Part shown: positions 55,850-64,000 of the stretch, piece after piece | Position numbering within the stretch: position 1 is the stretch's first letter | Layout: each line of letters begins with the position of its first letter | Source: SAR202 cluster bacterium | Lineage (GTDB): Bacteria; Chloroflexota; Dehalococcoidia; Lucifugimonadales; UBA826 | Direction: 5' to 3' | DNA length: 64,000 nt | Assembly (NCBI GenBank): GCA_009392815.1 | Contig: VFFS01000058.1 | Coordinates: 464-64,463, forward strand | Notes under the pieces: model-generated | What the model was told of the DNA's origin: nothing | Databases searched by the model: none | The model's input: the letters and a program-made list of their open reading frames with translations, nothing else | Made by a program: the position numbers and the translations under genes

Positions 55850-56992
55850 TTAACAGCCTATCCCCAACTCGTCTTCCTCACTACTATCTTTCAGAACAAA
55901 ATCCAACGCTTCCATCACATAATCATCAGGAACACGATTATTAGTAACAGCATTACCTATTCCATCAAGCAACACCCAATTGATCTGGCCTCTAGAAGTT
56001 TTTTTATCTGACTTCATAGCTTCCAAAATATCTGCTGTATCGAGAGCCCCGACATTTATGGGTAATCCATAATTGGATAAAAGTGTTCTTTGTCTCTCAA
56101 CGTCTGAAGCCTCTAACAAACCCATTGATTTACTTATGGATGCTGCAGCCATCATACCTATGCTAACGGCTTCCCCGTGAAGGTACTGCGTATATTGTGT
56201 CGCTGATTCGATTGCATGACCTATCGTATGTCCATAATTTAGCAAAATACGAATGCCAAGTGTTTCCCTCTCATCTTGAGAGACAATATTAGCCTTAATA
56301 GCCACACTATCTCTGATTATTTGAGTTGCTATCTCTGGATCGAGTGATTTTATCTCCCTAATATTTTTCTCGAATGTGGCCAGCAATTCCTTATCTAAAA
56401 TTAGGCCATGCTTTATAGCTTCGGCCCATCCAGATGCTAATTCCCGGGCAGGTAACGTACCAAGTGTCTTAACATCAGACAGTACGAATCTGGGTTGATA
56501 AAAGGCACCTACTAAATTTTTACCTTGGGGCAGATCCACTGCCACTTTACCTCCAATTGCAGCATCCATCATGGCAAGCAGAGTGGTAGGAACCTGAGCG
56601 AATGGCATTCCACGTAGATAGGTTGCTGCAACAAAACCGGCTAAGTCACCTACAACTCCCCCTCCTACAGCCAAAATCATGTGCCCTCTTTCAGCCTTTC
56701 TGTCCGCAAGCCACTTGTACACATGTTGAACAGTTTCAAGATTCTTATTTGATTCCCCTGAGGGAATCATGAAGATGTGAGCGGGAATAGAGGCAGCTTC
56801 CAGAGCAACTTGAACCATCCTGGCATGTTCTGAAACTCGGTCGTCTGAAATGACATATACCGTTGGTGGCGTAAAGATATATTTTATCCTCTCCCCAATC
56901 TCCTCAATAATCCCCCAACCAACCCAAATGGGATGATCTCCACTAGAAGCTCTTACTCTGGCCGCCAGATCGCTATATTCTTTTGCTTTCAT
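55850..56992 (-). CDS. aroB: 3-dehydroquinate synthase
   Basis: 380 aa. Motifs GGGVVGDLAGF, metal-binding HGH..GHA and NYGHT. Confidence 0.9.
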   Translation of the reverse strand: MKAKEYSDLAARVRASSGDHPIWVGWGIIEEIGERIKYIFTPPTVYVISDDRVSEHARMVQVALEAASIPAHIFMIPSGESNKNLETVQHVYKWLADRKAERGHMILAVGGGVVGDLAGFVAATYLRGMPFAQVPTTLLAMMDAAIGGKVAVDLPQGKNLVGAFYQPRFVLSDVKTLGTLPARELASGWAEAIKHGLILDKELLATFEKNIREIKSLDPEIATQIIRDSVAIKANIVSQDERETLGIRILLNYGHTIGHAIESATQYTQYLHGEAVSIGMMAAASISKSMGLLEASDVERQRTLLSNYGLPINVGALDTADILEAMKSDKKTSRGQINWVLLDGIGNAVTNNRVPDDYVMEALDFVLKDSSEEDELGIGC

Positions 56993-57516
56993 AATTCAAG
57001 GACCTTAGAAATTTCATTAGCTATCATTCTAGGAGATTTATTCTCTGTATCAACAAGCACATCCGCTTGTTCATAAGATTCCCTTCTTATTTCCAATAAA
57101 TCTCGAATCCTCTCAGTCTGATTATCAGAAACTATCATGGGCCTATCTGCTTTTTCTCCGTCTGTAGCTGAGTGATGGGAGATACGTTGGGACAAAGTTT
57201 CCACACTGGCGATGAGACAAACAATTTTACCGGTACACCTCATTATCTTTACATTTTCAGGAATTGTTGGAACCCCCCCACCAGTTGAAACAATTTGATC
57301 TGTTTTTCTCGAAATACTATCCAACAGCCCTGTCTCTATACTTCTGAAAAAAGGTTCTCCGTGGTTTGTGAATATGCTAGGTATAGATTCATTCTGTAAC
57401 TTTTCAATCTCAGAATCCATATCAACAAAGTCTCTTTCTAGAAGTTGAGCTAATTCTTTACCAGAAGTGGATTTTCCAGAACCAGAAAACCCTGTTATGT
57501 AAACATTATTATTCAT
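56989..57516 (-). CDS. aroK: shikimate kinase
   Basis: 175 aa. Walker A GFSGSGKST and STGGG. Overlaps the aroB start by 4 nt. Confidence 0.9.
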   Translation of the reverse strand: MNNNVYITGFSGSGKSTSGKELAQLLERDFVDMDSEIEKLQNESIPSIFTNHGEPFFRSIETGLLDSISRKTDQIVSTGGGVPTIPENVKIMRCTGKIVCLIASVETLSQRISHHSATDGEKADRPMIVSDNQTERIRDLLEIRRESYEQADVLVDTENKSPRMIANEISKVLEL

Positions 57517-57646
57517 GTTGGAAAGCTTACAAATTACGGCACAATACGTATGGAATCTAAGTGAAAAACTACTAACCAGTCTACAACAAACGATTCATAA
57601 TGGTGTCATTGAAAAAGCACATAAACAATTCACCAAGGATATACCG

Positions 57647-58357
57647 ATGAGGATAGATGGTAGGAAAAATGACGAACTCCGCGCCGTTGACATACAGCGA
57701 GGACCAATGGAATATGCGGCCGGCTGCGTAATCATATCCACTGGAAACACGAAAGTCTTATGCTCAGCTAGCATAGATGAAAGAGTGCCTGGGTTCTTGT
57801 CTGGAAGCGGACAAGGTTGGATAACTGCAGAGTATTCAATGTTGCCTGGTTCGACAATACCACGTACCTCTCGTGAAAACAGAAGAAGGGGGAGATCCCA
57901 GGAAATCCAAAGACTCATTGGAAGATCACTTCGCGCAGGCGCAGATTTGTCTAAACTTGGAGAACGTACTGTAACCATAGATTGTGATGTTCTTCAAGCG
58001 GACGGTGGTACACGAACGGCTTCCATAACTGGTGGTTATGTGGCACTCCACTTTGCCATTCAGGAGTTGGTTGTAAAAGGGGTTCTTCCCAACACTTTAA
58101 TGCTAAAAAACGTAGCTGCAACAAGTATTGGCACATCCGGGGACCAAGTCTTACTTGACCTATGCTATGAAGAGGATGCAACAGCTGGAGCAGATTTCAA
58201 TGTAGTGATGGCTGAGGGTGGAGAATTCATAGAAATCCAGGGAGGAGCGGAACAAAGTACGTTTGATAGGGCTACCCTTGAAAAGGTCTTGGATTTAGGA
58301 GAAATCGGGATAGAAAAGCTATTTACATTGCAAAACAAAATGATCAGAGACATATAG
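57647..58357 (+). CDS. rph: ribonuclease PH
   Basis: ATG 57647 gives MRIDGRKNDELR, the canonical RNase PH start. Also TAEYSMLPGST and DCDVLQADGGTRTASITG. The ORF-track start at 57515 is a 5' over-extension into the divergent promoter region. Confidence 0.9.
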   Translation: MRIDGRKNDELRAVDIQRGPMEYAAGCVIISTGNTKVLCSASIDERVPGFLSGSGQGWITAEYSMLPGSTIPRTSRENRRRGRSQEIQRLIGRSLRAGADLSKLGERTVTIDCDVLQADGGTRTASITGGYVALHFAIQELVVKGVLPNTLMLKNVAATSIGTSGDQVLLDLCYEEDATAGADFNVVMAEGGEFIEIQGGAEQSTFDRATLEKVLDLGEIGIEKLFTLQNKMIRDI

Positions 58358-58465
58358 TCAATATTTATCACCTAAGTCTGATTGTTACTAAAAAGGAAAT
58401 TCATGTTCAATTGCAAAAATCACCTTCAATTATCTAGTGCAAATAGGTCGCAATAGACTTATTTA

Positions 58466-58912
58466 ATGAACAAACTTTTTAGTTACATAATGCTGGCTTT
58501 CATTTTGACATTAATAGTGGTGAGTATATATATCGCTATGACCAGACAAAGTGAACCTTTGAAAGAGGGCAGCCCAGAAAGAACGGTACAAATCTATATT
58601 GACAATATATTGAAAGATGAGCCTCTTAAAGCTTATGAATTAATATCCGAAGATATAAAAGATAATTGTCTTTATACGGAATTTAATAATACGTTTCACC
58701 ATTCATACAATCGCAGTGAGGTGGAGACAACTAACCTTGTGAAAGTAGAAATCGTAGACGGTGAAGCAATAGTAACTGTTGAAACCTCCTCAATAGAGAC
58801 ATCGATACCTTTAGGATCAACTGAGCGAAAGAGTAGGCATACATACGTTTTAGTAAAAGAAGATATGGAGTGGAAGATTGTTGAAACTTCTTTCCCAATT
58901 TATTGCTCATAA
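58466..58912 (+). CDS. membrane-anchored hypothetical protein (single N-terminal TM plus a small alpha/beta domain)
   Basis: 148 aa. N-terminal hydrophobic helix, then an NTF2/DUF4878-like pattern (PERTVQIYIDNILKDEPLKAYELIS). Confidence 0.5.
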   Translation: MNKLFSYIMLAFILTLIVVSIYIAMTRQSEPLKEGSPERTVQIYIDNILKDEPLKAYELISEDIKDNCLYTEFNNTFHHSYNRSEVETTNLVKVEIVDGEAIVTVETSSIETSIPLGSTERKSRHTYVLVKEDMEWKIVETSFPIYCS

Positions 58913-58966
58913 AAATCCAATTTGCGATATTCCTGGGCTCAACCTCAAACTTGTGAGGTGGCTTAA

Positions 58967-60739
58967 TTGATAGATTTTTTCGAACTTTTTCCTTTCCTGG
59001 TTATAGTCAGTGTTTCCGTTACATCGATATACCTCATATTTACTGACAGAGACAAAGGCGCGAGTGAAGGGACAGGGAAAATCCTTCAAAGGCTATATTT
59101 CTATTTAGTTTCCTTCGTGACATTAATTATGGTAGGAAGTGGTTCCACTATCCTCATCCAATTCGTCCTCCAAGAATTGTTCGCAGAGAATATTATGTCC
59201 TCTAGTACTGACAAAGTAGCTCTTGGAACCGCTCTAATGGTTGTGGGCATTCCTCTTTGGATTATCCATTGGAGGTTAATTCACCAGCAAATACAAAAAA
59301 GTTCCTGGGCGTTATCATCCCAAATAAGAAAAATATATAAATTTTTAGTATTGTCTGTAGCAATCAGCATTTTGGCCCATTCCTCAACTGGAATAATTCA
59401 ATTCCTTTTAAACGTAAAAGACTCTTCATGGTACCAAGTCGCGACTTTACTTCCTTTCACCTTGATATGGATATATCACTGGCGGATTAATGATCAAACA
59501 AGTAATTCCCATACAAAACCAATTATTCGAGATATCTACATATATTTCACAAGTCTAATTGGCCTAATTCTTGCCGCGAATGGTGTTGGTGCGATTCTTC
59601 ACCATATTTTCGAATATGCTTATCAAGCTATTACTAATGTCATGATAATAGTCGAACCCCAAAATCGAATCTTCTCCGATAGTGTTCGGGACAATTTATC
59701 TATTGCTGTCACCGGAATAGTTCTCTGGGGTTTACACTGGCTAGTATTGGACAATCGCAAACATGTTAGCAGGTTGAAATCTGCATATTTATACGGCTGG
59801 GCCATCCTTGGTGGGGGGGTAACAGGCCTAGTAGGAATATTAATGCTACTTTTCACATGTTTAGCATTTATATTCGGGGTTCAAAATGAGTCTAACGATA
59901 TTGGACCAGTCCCAGGTGGACTAACTCTACTGATAATCGGAGTAATTCTATTTGGCTACCACAGATATATAATTAGGTCACCTAGAAGAAATGAAATAAA
60001 CAACCAGAACGGACTTCAGGTATTAGATTATTCGTTTTGCTTTCTTAGTCTGATCATATCGGCGATAGGGATATCAACATTAACTCATCTCATACTAACC
60101 GCCATTACTGGCACTGGAAATGAGATCGTTTCCGAAGAGAACAGATGGAGAGTCACAACAGCCTTTGCATTATCAAGCTTGTTCGTAGGTGGTTCATTAT
60201 GGTGGTATACATGGAGATACAGAATACCTAAATTATTTTCTATCAAAGAAGAAACCAAAATAATTTTTTTCACCGGTGTGGTTGGCTTGGGAATACTGGC
60301 ATGTGTGCCTTCACTCGCATCAGTATTGTTCTTCTTTATTAAATCTATTTTATCGGCAGACACAATATTATCTGCCACAAATTCTTCGCGAATTCCTCTA
60401 TCAATCCTCTGCGCAGCATTTGTCATAGTGCCATATCACTGGTTAAATCTAAGAAAAGAAAAATCAACCCTAACAGAATCCTCTGAAGAGAATGTTTACC
60501 ACCAGATAAAAAATGTCACAGTGTTCACACCCATTAACAGTGAGTTCTTCATTGCAGCTCTTGAGGAAAACCTTGGATACAGAGTCTCATCCGTTGAATG
60601 GGCTGATCCAGGCTCAGAAAATGTTCTACTTAAAGAGGATTCCACGGAAGAAATTGCTGAAAGAATTCAATCCAGCAAAGGGGAATTTGTAGTGGTTCTC
60701 CCTGAACCAGGTGGAGTACGGATTTATTCCCATAACTAG
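58967..60739 (+). CDS. polytopic membrane protein built from six tandem 2-TM repeats plus a ~100-aa soluble C-terminal domain
   Basis: 590 aa, TTG start. Each repeat ends in a W-x2-(H/Y)-W-R-like motif (LWIIHWRL, LIWIYHWRI, VLWGLHWLV, ILFGYHRYI, LWWYTWRYR, VIVPYHWLN). It resembles DUF5671-type units from memory. Confidence 0.6.
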   Translation: MIDFFELFPFLVIVSVSVTSIYLIFTDRDKGASEGTGKILQRLYFYLVSFVTLIMVGSGSTILIQFVLQELFAENIMSSSTDKVALGTALMVVGIPLWIIHWRLIHQQIQKSSWALSSQIRKIYKFLVLSVAISILAHSSTGIIQFLLNVKDSSWYQVATLLPFTLIWIYHWRINDQTSNSHTKPIIRDIYIYFTSLIGLILAANGVGAILHHIFEYAYQAITNVMIIVEPQNRIFSDSVRDNLSIAVTGIVLWGLHWLVLDNRKHVSRLKSAYLYGWAILGGGVTGLVGILMLLFTCLAFIFGVQNESNDIGPVPGGLTLLIIGVILFGYHRYIIRSPRRNEINNQNGLQVLDYSFCFLSLIISAIGISTLTHLILTAITGTGNEIVSEENRWRVTTAFALSSLFVGGSLWWYTWRYRIPKLFSIKEETKIIFFTGVVGLGILACVPSLASVLFFFIKSILSADTILSATNSSRIPLSILCAAFVIVPYHWLNLRKEKSTLTESSEENVYHQIKNVTVFTPINSEFFIAALEENLGYRVSSVEWADPGSENVLLKEDSTEEIAERIQSSKGEFVVVLPEPGGVRIYSHN

Positions 60740-60777
60740 ATAATTTTAACAACAGCAACTTAGAGGACAACCTGATT

Positions 60778-61641
60778 ATGACATCAATACACGTACTAGG
60801 CGCCGGAACCCCAACTCCAACTCCAACCCGTTTTGGATCATCATTCGCGATGAAAATCGGGGATGATCAAATAATGCTTGACTGCGGGCCATCAACTACA
60901 CATAAGCTTGTGAAGGCCGGATTGTGGCCAACGGATATCAATCACTTATTTTTTACTCATCATCATTTTGATCACGATATCGACTACCCCTGTTTTCTAC
61001 TTTGTAGATGGGACCAAAGTACTGGTAAAGAAGATGTTTTAAAAGTGTTTGGCCCCACACTTACGGAAAAGATTACACATGGTATTCTGGATGAAAATGA
61101 TGGATTATTCGCTCACGACTGGATAGCTCGTGTGAATCATCCTCTGAGCCAGAAAATACATGTGAACAGGGGCGGAACACTTCCTCGAAAGCCTCCAGAG
61201 GTGATTGCAAAGGATGTCAGTCCCGGGAAAATTTATGAAGGCAAAAATTGGGAAGTCCATGCGGCTTCTGCGGAGCATGTACAACCCTATCTCGATTCCC
61301 TAGCCTACAGATTTGAAACCCCAGATGGGAGTATCGTTTTTACAGGAGATACGCAGCCTTGCGACTCAGTAACAACCCTAGCAAATAATGCTGACATGAT
61401 GCTTTGCATGTGTTGGGATGAACAATCAGTTATGAATGAAACTGGAGAAGCAAATGGGCAATGTGGCACAGAGGGAGCAGCTGCAATGGCGCAAGAAGCT
61501 GGGGTTAAACGACTAGTTTTGGTACATATAGGCCCACATCTTTCTCAGCAAGAAGTAAAAGATAGAACCATGAAGGACTTAAACAAAATATATGATGGCG
61601 AAATCTTGTTTTCAGACGAACTTATGACTATAAATTTCTAA
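60778..61641 (+). CDS. MBL-fold metallo-hydrolase
   Basis: 287 aa. THHHFDH metal motif, and later FTGDT and HIGP. Confidence 0.8.
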   Translation: MTSIHVLGAGTPTPTPTRFGSSFAMKIGDDQIMLDCGPSTTHKLVKAGLWPTDINHLFFTHHHFDHDIDYPCFLLCRWDQSTGKEDVLKVFGPTLTEKITHGILDENDGLFAHDWIARVNHPLSQKIHVNRGGTLPRKPPEVIAKDVSPGKIYEGKNWEVHAASAEHVQPYLDSLAYRFETPDGSIVFTGDTQPCDSVTTLANNADMMLCMCWDEQSVMNETGEANGQCGTEGAAAMAQEAGVKRLVLVHIGPHLSQQEVKDRTMKDLNKIYDGEILFSDELMTINF

Positions 61642-61670
61642 TCCGGCCAAAACAACTATAGACCACTCAT

Positions 61671-62267
61671 TCAGTCTTGCTTTTGATCTAGTAATTTATC
61701 AGGATCCCAGCCATCCCGAAGGACCTCCATAAGGACAAAATCTTGTCCACCTCTTCTAACGGGTCGCACTTCTGTGAACCCTGACTTTATGAATGAGGCT
61801 TGAGCACGATAGTTCCAAGCCAAGGTATGAAGATATATTCTTCTCAATTCCAAATCCGTAAATAGATAATTAATCAGCGTGACAACGATGTCGGTTCCGT
61901 ACCCTTTTCCCCAATAATCCTTATCACCAATCATTATCCCTAGTTCAGCCTCAGAATTCCTTTTGTTGAAGTCGTAGTACATGACATTTCCGATGTGTAA
62001 CCCGTCCAATGTATCAACAGCTAAACGCTTAGAGCGATAACTTTGAAACTGCATTTCTTCGCTTGTATATCGAAAAAAATCCTCATACGACATGGTGAGA
62101 GGTCTTGTCGCATCTAGACGAGACAATTCCTCATCCACTCTCCAAGAATATTCATCAGGTATATCCTCTGTTCGTTTCTCTCTAATTCGAACGAGAGTTC
62201 CAGAAATATCTACCTCAGGGAGTTCCTTTTGATCTTCTCTTGACCATGGAAAGGCCTTTTTGAACAA
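61671..62267 (-). CDS. GNAT-family N-acetyltransferase (RimJ/RimL-like)
   Basis: 198 aa. Acetyl-CoA-binding pattern WGKGYGT and overall acetyltransferase-3-like layout. The 5' end overlaps the NUDIX gene by 53 nt. Confidence 0.7.
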   Translation of the reverse strand: MFKKAFPWSREDQKELPEVDISGTLVRIREKRTEDIPDEYSWRVDEELSRLDATRPLTMSYEDFFRYTSEEMQFQSYRSKRLAVDTLDGLHIGNVMYYDFNKRNSEAELGIMIGDKDYWGKGYGTDIVVTLINYLFTDLELRRIYLHTLAWNYRAQASFIKSGFTEVRPVRRGGQDFVLMEVLRDGWDPDKLLDQKQD

Positions 62268-62670
62268 TGTCTACCTCGTTATCATAAGTTAGCGTCGACG
62301 ATATATTTATGTCTTTAACCCACTGTACGATATCAAACTCATTATCGTGTAGCGAAAAATCTCCTCCTACTGGACGCATAAGAAAGTAATACACCCTTTT
62401 AGGGGATTTCCCACTCGCCCCACCTTGGTTCACATCGTACTCTATGAAGCCGACGTATTCTAATATTTCTACTTTGAGTCCAGTTTCCTCTTCCACTTCT
62501 CTACTAGCGGTCTGCTCCAAGGTCTCTCCAGGGTCAGGGGTTCCTTTTGGTAAGTTATTAGAGAAGGGAACTTGCCTAGAACAAACCACAACCTGCAAGG
62601 ATTTTCCACAACATCTGTAGACTACACCACCCGCAGAAACGAGGCCAGAAAACATTTCTTCGGGAATCAT
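62215..62670 (-). CDS. NUDIX hydrolase
   Basis: 151 aa. Nudix box GTPDPGETLEQTASREVEEETGL. Confidence 0.85.
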   Translation of the reverse strand: MIPEEMFSGLVSAGGVVYRCCGKSLQVVVCSRQVPFSNNLPKGTPDPGETLEQTASREVEEETGLKVEILEYVGFIEYDVNQGGASGKSPKRVYYFLMRPVGGDFSLHDNEFDIVQWVKDINISSTLTYDNEVDIVQKGLSMVKRRSKGTP

Positions 62671-62777
62671 CGTTTTTCCTATTCACAATTTGGAACTAAC
62701 TAATGCCAGGGCCCATATAGTACATAAACTAACAACTATGCCCGAAATATAAATAACCATTATATTTTAGTAAACAG

Positions 62778-62807
62778 TTGAAGTATTTTGCCATATACGT
62801 GTAATAT
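62778..62807 (+). promoter_or_regulatory. candidate pyr operon promoter (TTGAAG-18 nt-TAATAT)
   Basis: Based on the pattern match only. Located ~20 nt upstream of the PyrR-binding-like motif. Confidence 0.3.
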
Positions 62808-62829
62808 CGATGCAGGTATTTTCACACCG

Positions 62830-62863
62830 TCCTTTAAGTTGGTCCAAGAGAGTCTGGCAAGGA
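62830..62863 (+). promoter_or_regulatory. PyrR-binding-loop-like RNA motif in the pyr leader
   Basis: UCCUUUAAGUUGGUCCAAGAGAGUCUGGCAAGGA resembles the conserved PyrR site (lower stem UCCUU/AAGGA, core GUCCAGAGAGGCUGG) with one extra nucleotide. It lies upstream of pyrR-pyrB. Confidence 0.55.
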
Positions 62864-62910
62864 AAGTGCAAGTGCTGGGGCGTTTTCCAATTGCGCCACA
62901 CCTGCAACTG

Positions 62911-62934
62911 CCTTCTGTCCAGAAACACAGGAGG
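62911..62934 (+). promoter_or_regulatory. hairpin that would sequester the AGGAGG Shine-Dalgarno site of the pyr leader
   Basis: CCUUCUGU (62911-18) pairs with ACAGGAGG (62927-34) in 8 bp including one G-U, with an 8-nt loop. Confidence 0.35.
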
Positions 62935-62996
62935 TTTATACGGATCATGTGCCCACTTTCAATCGGTATAAGCACTTTGTCATTTATGGTGTATTT

Positions 62997-63557
62997 GTGC
63001 CGTTAATTGAGAAACGCATACAGAATCCGGTCCAAATAGAAAGGGCATTAACACGTATTTCTCACGAAATACTTGAGAGAAACGGTGGCGTTGCCAATCT
63101 AGTTCTAGTTGGTATGCATTCAAGAGGTGTACCACTCGCTCATAGAATATCCTCAGCCATCGAGCGCTTTGAAGGCGTCAAAGTGCCAGTAGGCAAATTA
63201 GATATTGGTATGTATAGAGATGACATATCCGAAAAGGGTAGTCCCGTCATGAAACCAACCGATATCCCATCTGACATCAATGACAAAACCGTAGTAATCA
63301 TTGACGACGTTCTATACACCGGGAGATCTATCAGGGCAGCAATGGATGCCATAAGTGATTTCGGACGACCCAGCCAAATGCAACTAGGAGTTCTGGTCGA
63401 TAGAGGTCACAGAGAACTTCCGATAAGGGCCGACTATGTTGGTAAAAACGTACCAACTTCTAGAGAAGAAGACGTACAAGTACGACTGCAAGAAATAGAC
63501 GGAGAAGATGCGATTGTAATTACCAGCAACAGTGACAACACGGGAGATGTGATTTGA
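62997..63557 (+). CDS. pyrR: bifunctional pyrimidine operon regulator / uracil phosphoribosyltransferase PyrR
   Basis: It aligns with B. subtilis PyrR from (M)[28 protein letters not shown]. It has the PRPP motif [13 protein letters not shown] and [18 protein letters not shown]. The start is ambiguous: GTG 62997 fits the homologue length, while the ORF track uses GTG 62949. Confidence 0.85.
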   Translation: MPLIEKRIQNPVQIERALTRISHEILERNGGVANLVLVGMHSRGVPLAHRISSAIERFEGVKVPVGKLDIGMYRDDISEKGSPVMKPTDIPSDINDKTVVIIDDVLYTGRSIRAAMDAISDFGRPSQMQLGVLVDRGHRELPIRADYVGKNVPTSREEDVQVRLQEIDGEDAIVITSNSDNTGDVI

Positions 63558-64000
63558 CCTTGGAAACCACTGCTAGACAGACTTTTAGCCAACAAAATAT
63601 TCTTGACTTAGACAGCTTCACAAGTCAGGACATCACATATGTTTTAGACAATACATTGGCCATGGAACAGGTTTTGGACCGAGAAATAAGGAAGGTTCCC
63701 GCCCTCCGTGGCAAAACGGTTGTCACTCTATTTTATGAATCTAGCACTCGAACAAGAGTTTCTTTTGAGCAGGCTGCAAAGATTCTAAGCGCCGACGTTA
63801 TAAACGTAACGAGTGGAGGAAGCAGCAGTAAAAAGGGAGAGTCTCTTTACAACACGGCGCTGACAATACAAGCGATGCAGGCCGATATCATTATAGTAAG
63901 ACATCCTCATTCGGGTGCTCCTCACTTTCTAGCCCGGCAATTAGAAGCCAAAGTCATCAATGCAGGGGATGGAACCCATGCTCATCCCACCCAAAGTCTC
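63554..64000 (+). CDS. pyrB: aspartate carbamoyltransferase catalytic subunit (5' part, runs off the window)
   Basis: The frame is open from TTG 63554, overlapping the pyrR stop. Motifs: FYESSTRTR (carbamoyl-phosphate site), RHP, and [10 protein letters not shown]. Confidence 0.9.
   Translation, partial: MTLETTARQTFSQQNILDLDSFTSQDITYVLDNTLAMEQVLDREIRKVPALRGKTVVTLFYESSTRTRVSFEQAAKILSADVINVTSGGSSSKKGESLYNTALTIQAMQADIIIVRHPHSGAPHFLARQLEAKVINAGDGTHAHPTQSL

Noticed and set aside
62788-63006. The 72-aa ORF in the track covering the region upstream of pyrR.
   Set aside because: It spans the PyrR-site-like RNA motif and the SD hairpin. Only its last 19 codons, from ATG 62947 behind the AGGAGG SD, are considered a possible leader peptide.
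1-64000. I looked for CRISPR arrays, tRNA/rRNA/tmRNA genes, transposases, integrases, phage genes, toxin-antitoxin pairs and reverse transcriptases.
   Set aside because: No spaced direct-repeat array, no cloverleaf-like sequence in any intergenic gap over 80 nt, and no ORF with the corresponding motifs was seen. This was a scan by eye only, so small RNAs could have been missed.

Overview
This is a dense bacterial chromosome segment with about 60 protein-coding genes on both strands. Intergenic gaps are short, 4-nt start/stop overlaps are frequent, many starts are TTG or GTG, and AGGAG-type Shine-Dalgarno sites are clear. I recognised no rRNA, tRNA, CRISPR array, transposase, integrase or prophage genes. 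All functional calls come from motif recognition and recalled family knowledge, because no searches were possible. Housekeeping genes are argS, uvrA, holB, htpX, tgt, aroB, aroK, rph, an ABC-F ATPase, and pyrR with the 5' part of pyrB. The rest is catabolic or accessory: two intact enolase-superfamily paralogues plus a third remnant, a three-subunit molybdenum hydroxylase with XdhC and MocA maturation genes, two MFE-2-like SDRs, a MaoC hotdog pair, an acyl-CoA ligase, a YdiJ-like FAD/Fe-S oxidase and two M16 peptidases. That content would suit a marine heterotroph such as SAR202-type Chloroflexota, but this is a guess only. The most notable observations are these. (1) selD is itself a selenoprotein, with an in-frame UGA at 2261 and a SECIS-like hairpin, and the ORF track truncates it. 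(2) An eight-gene corrinoid methyl-transfer cluster (9543-16499) pairs an MtaA-type and a homocysteine-type zinc methyltransferase with one corrinoid protein and a RACo-like activase. It has no pterin-binding or MttB/MtaB-type partner and includes two uncharacterised proteins. (3) A ThrC-like / NIL-domain / CysO-like (GG-Ser) cluster suggests sulfur-carrier-dependent thio-amino-acid synthesis. (4) A macro-domain gene is frameshifted exactly inside a perfect 11-bp palindrome. (5) A second MoaD/ThiS-like protein is translationally coupled to the Mo-hydroxylase operon, which sits behind a repeat-rich, structured leader. (6) Further oddities are a GreA factor with an N-terminal extension, a six-repeat 12-TM membrane protein, and an SDR pair in which one copy lacks the catalytic Lys.
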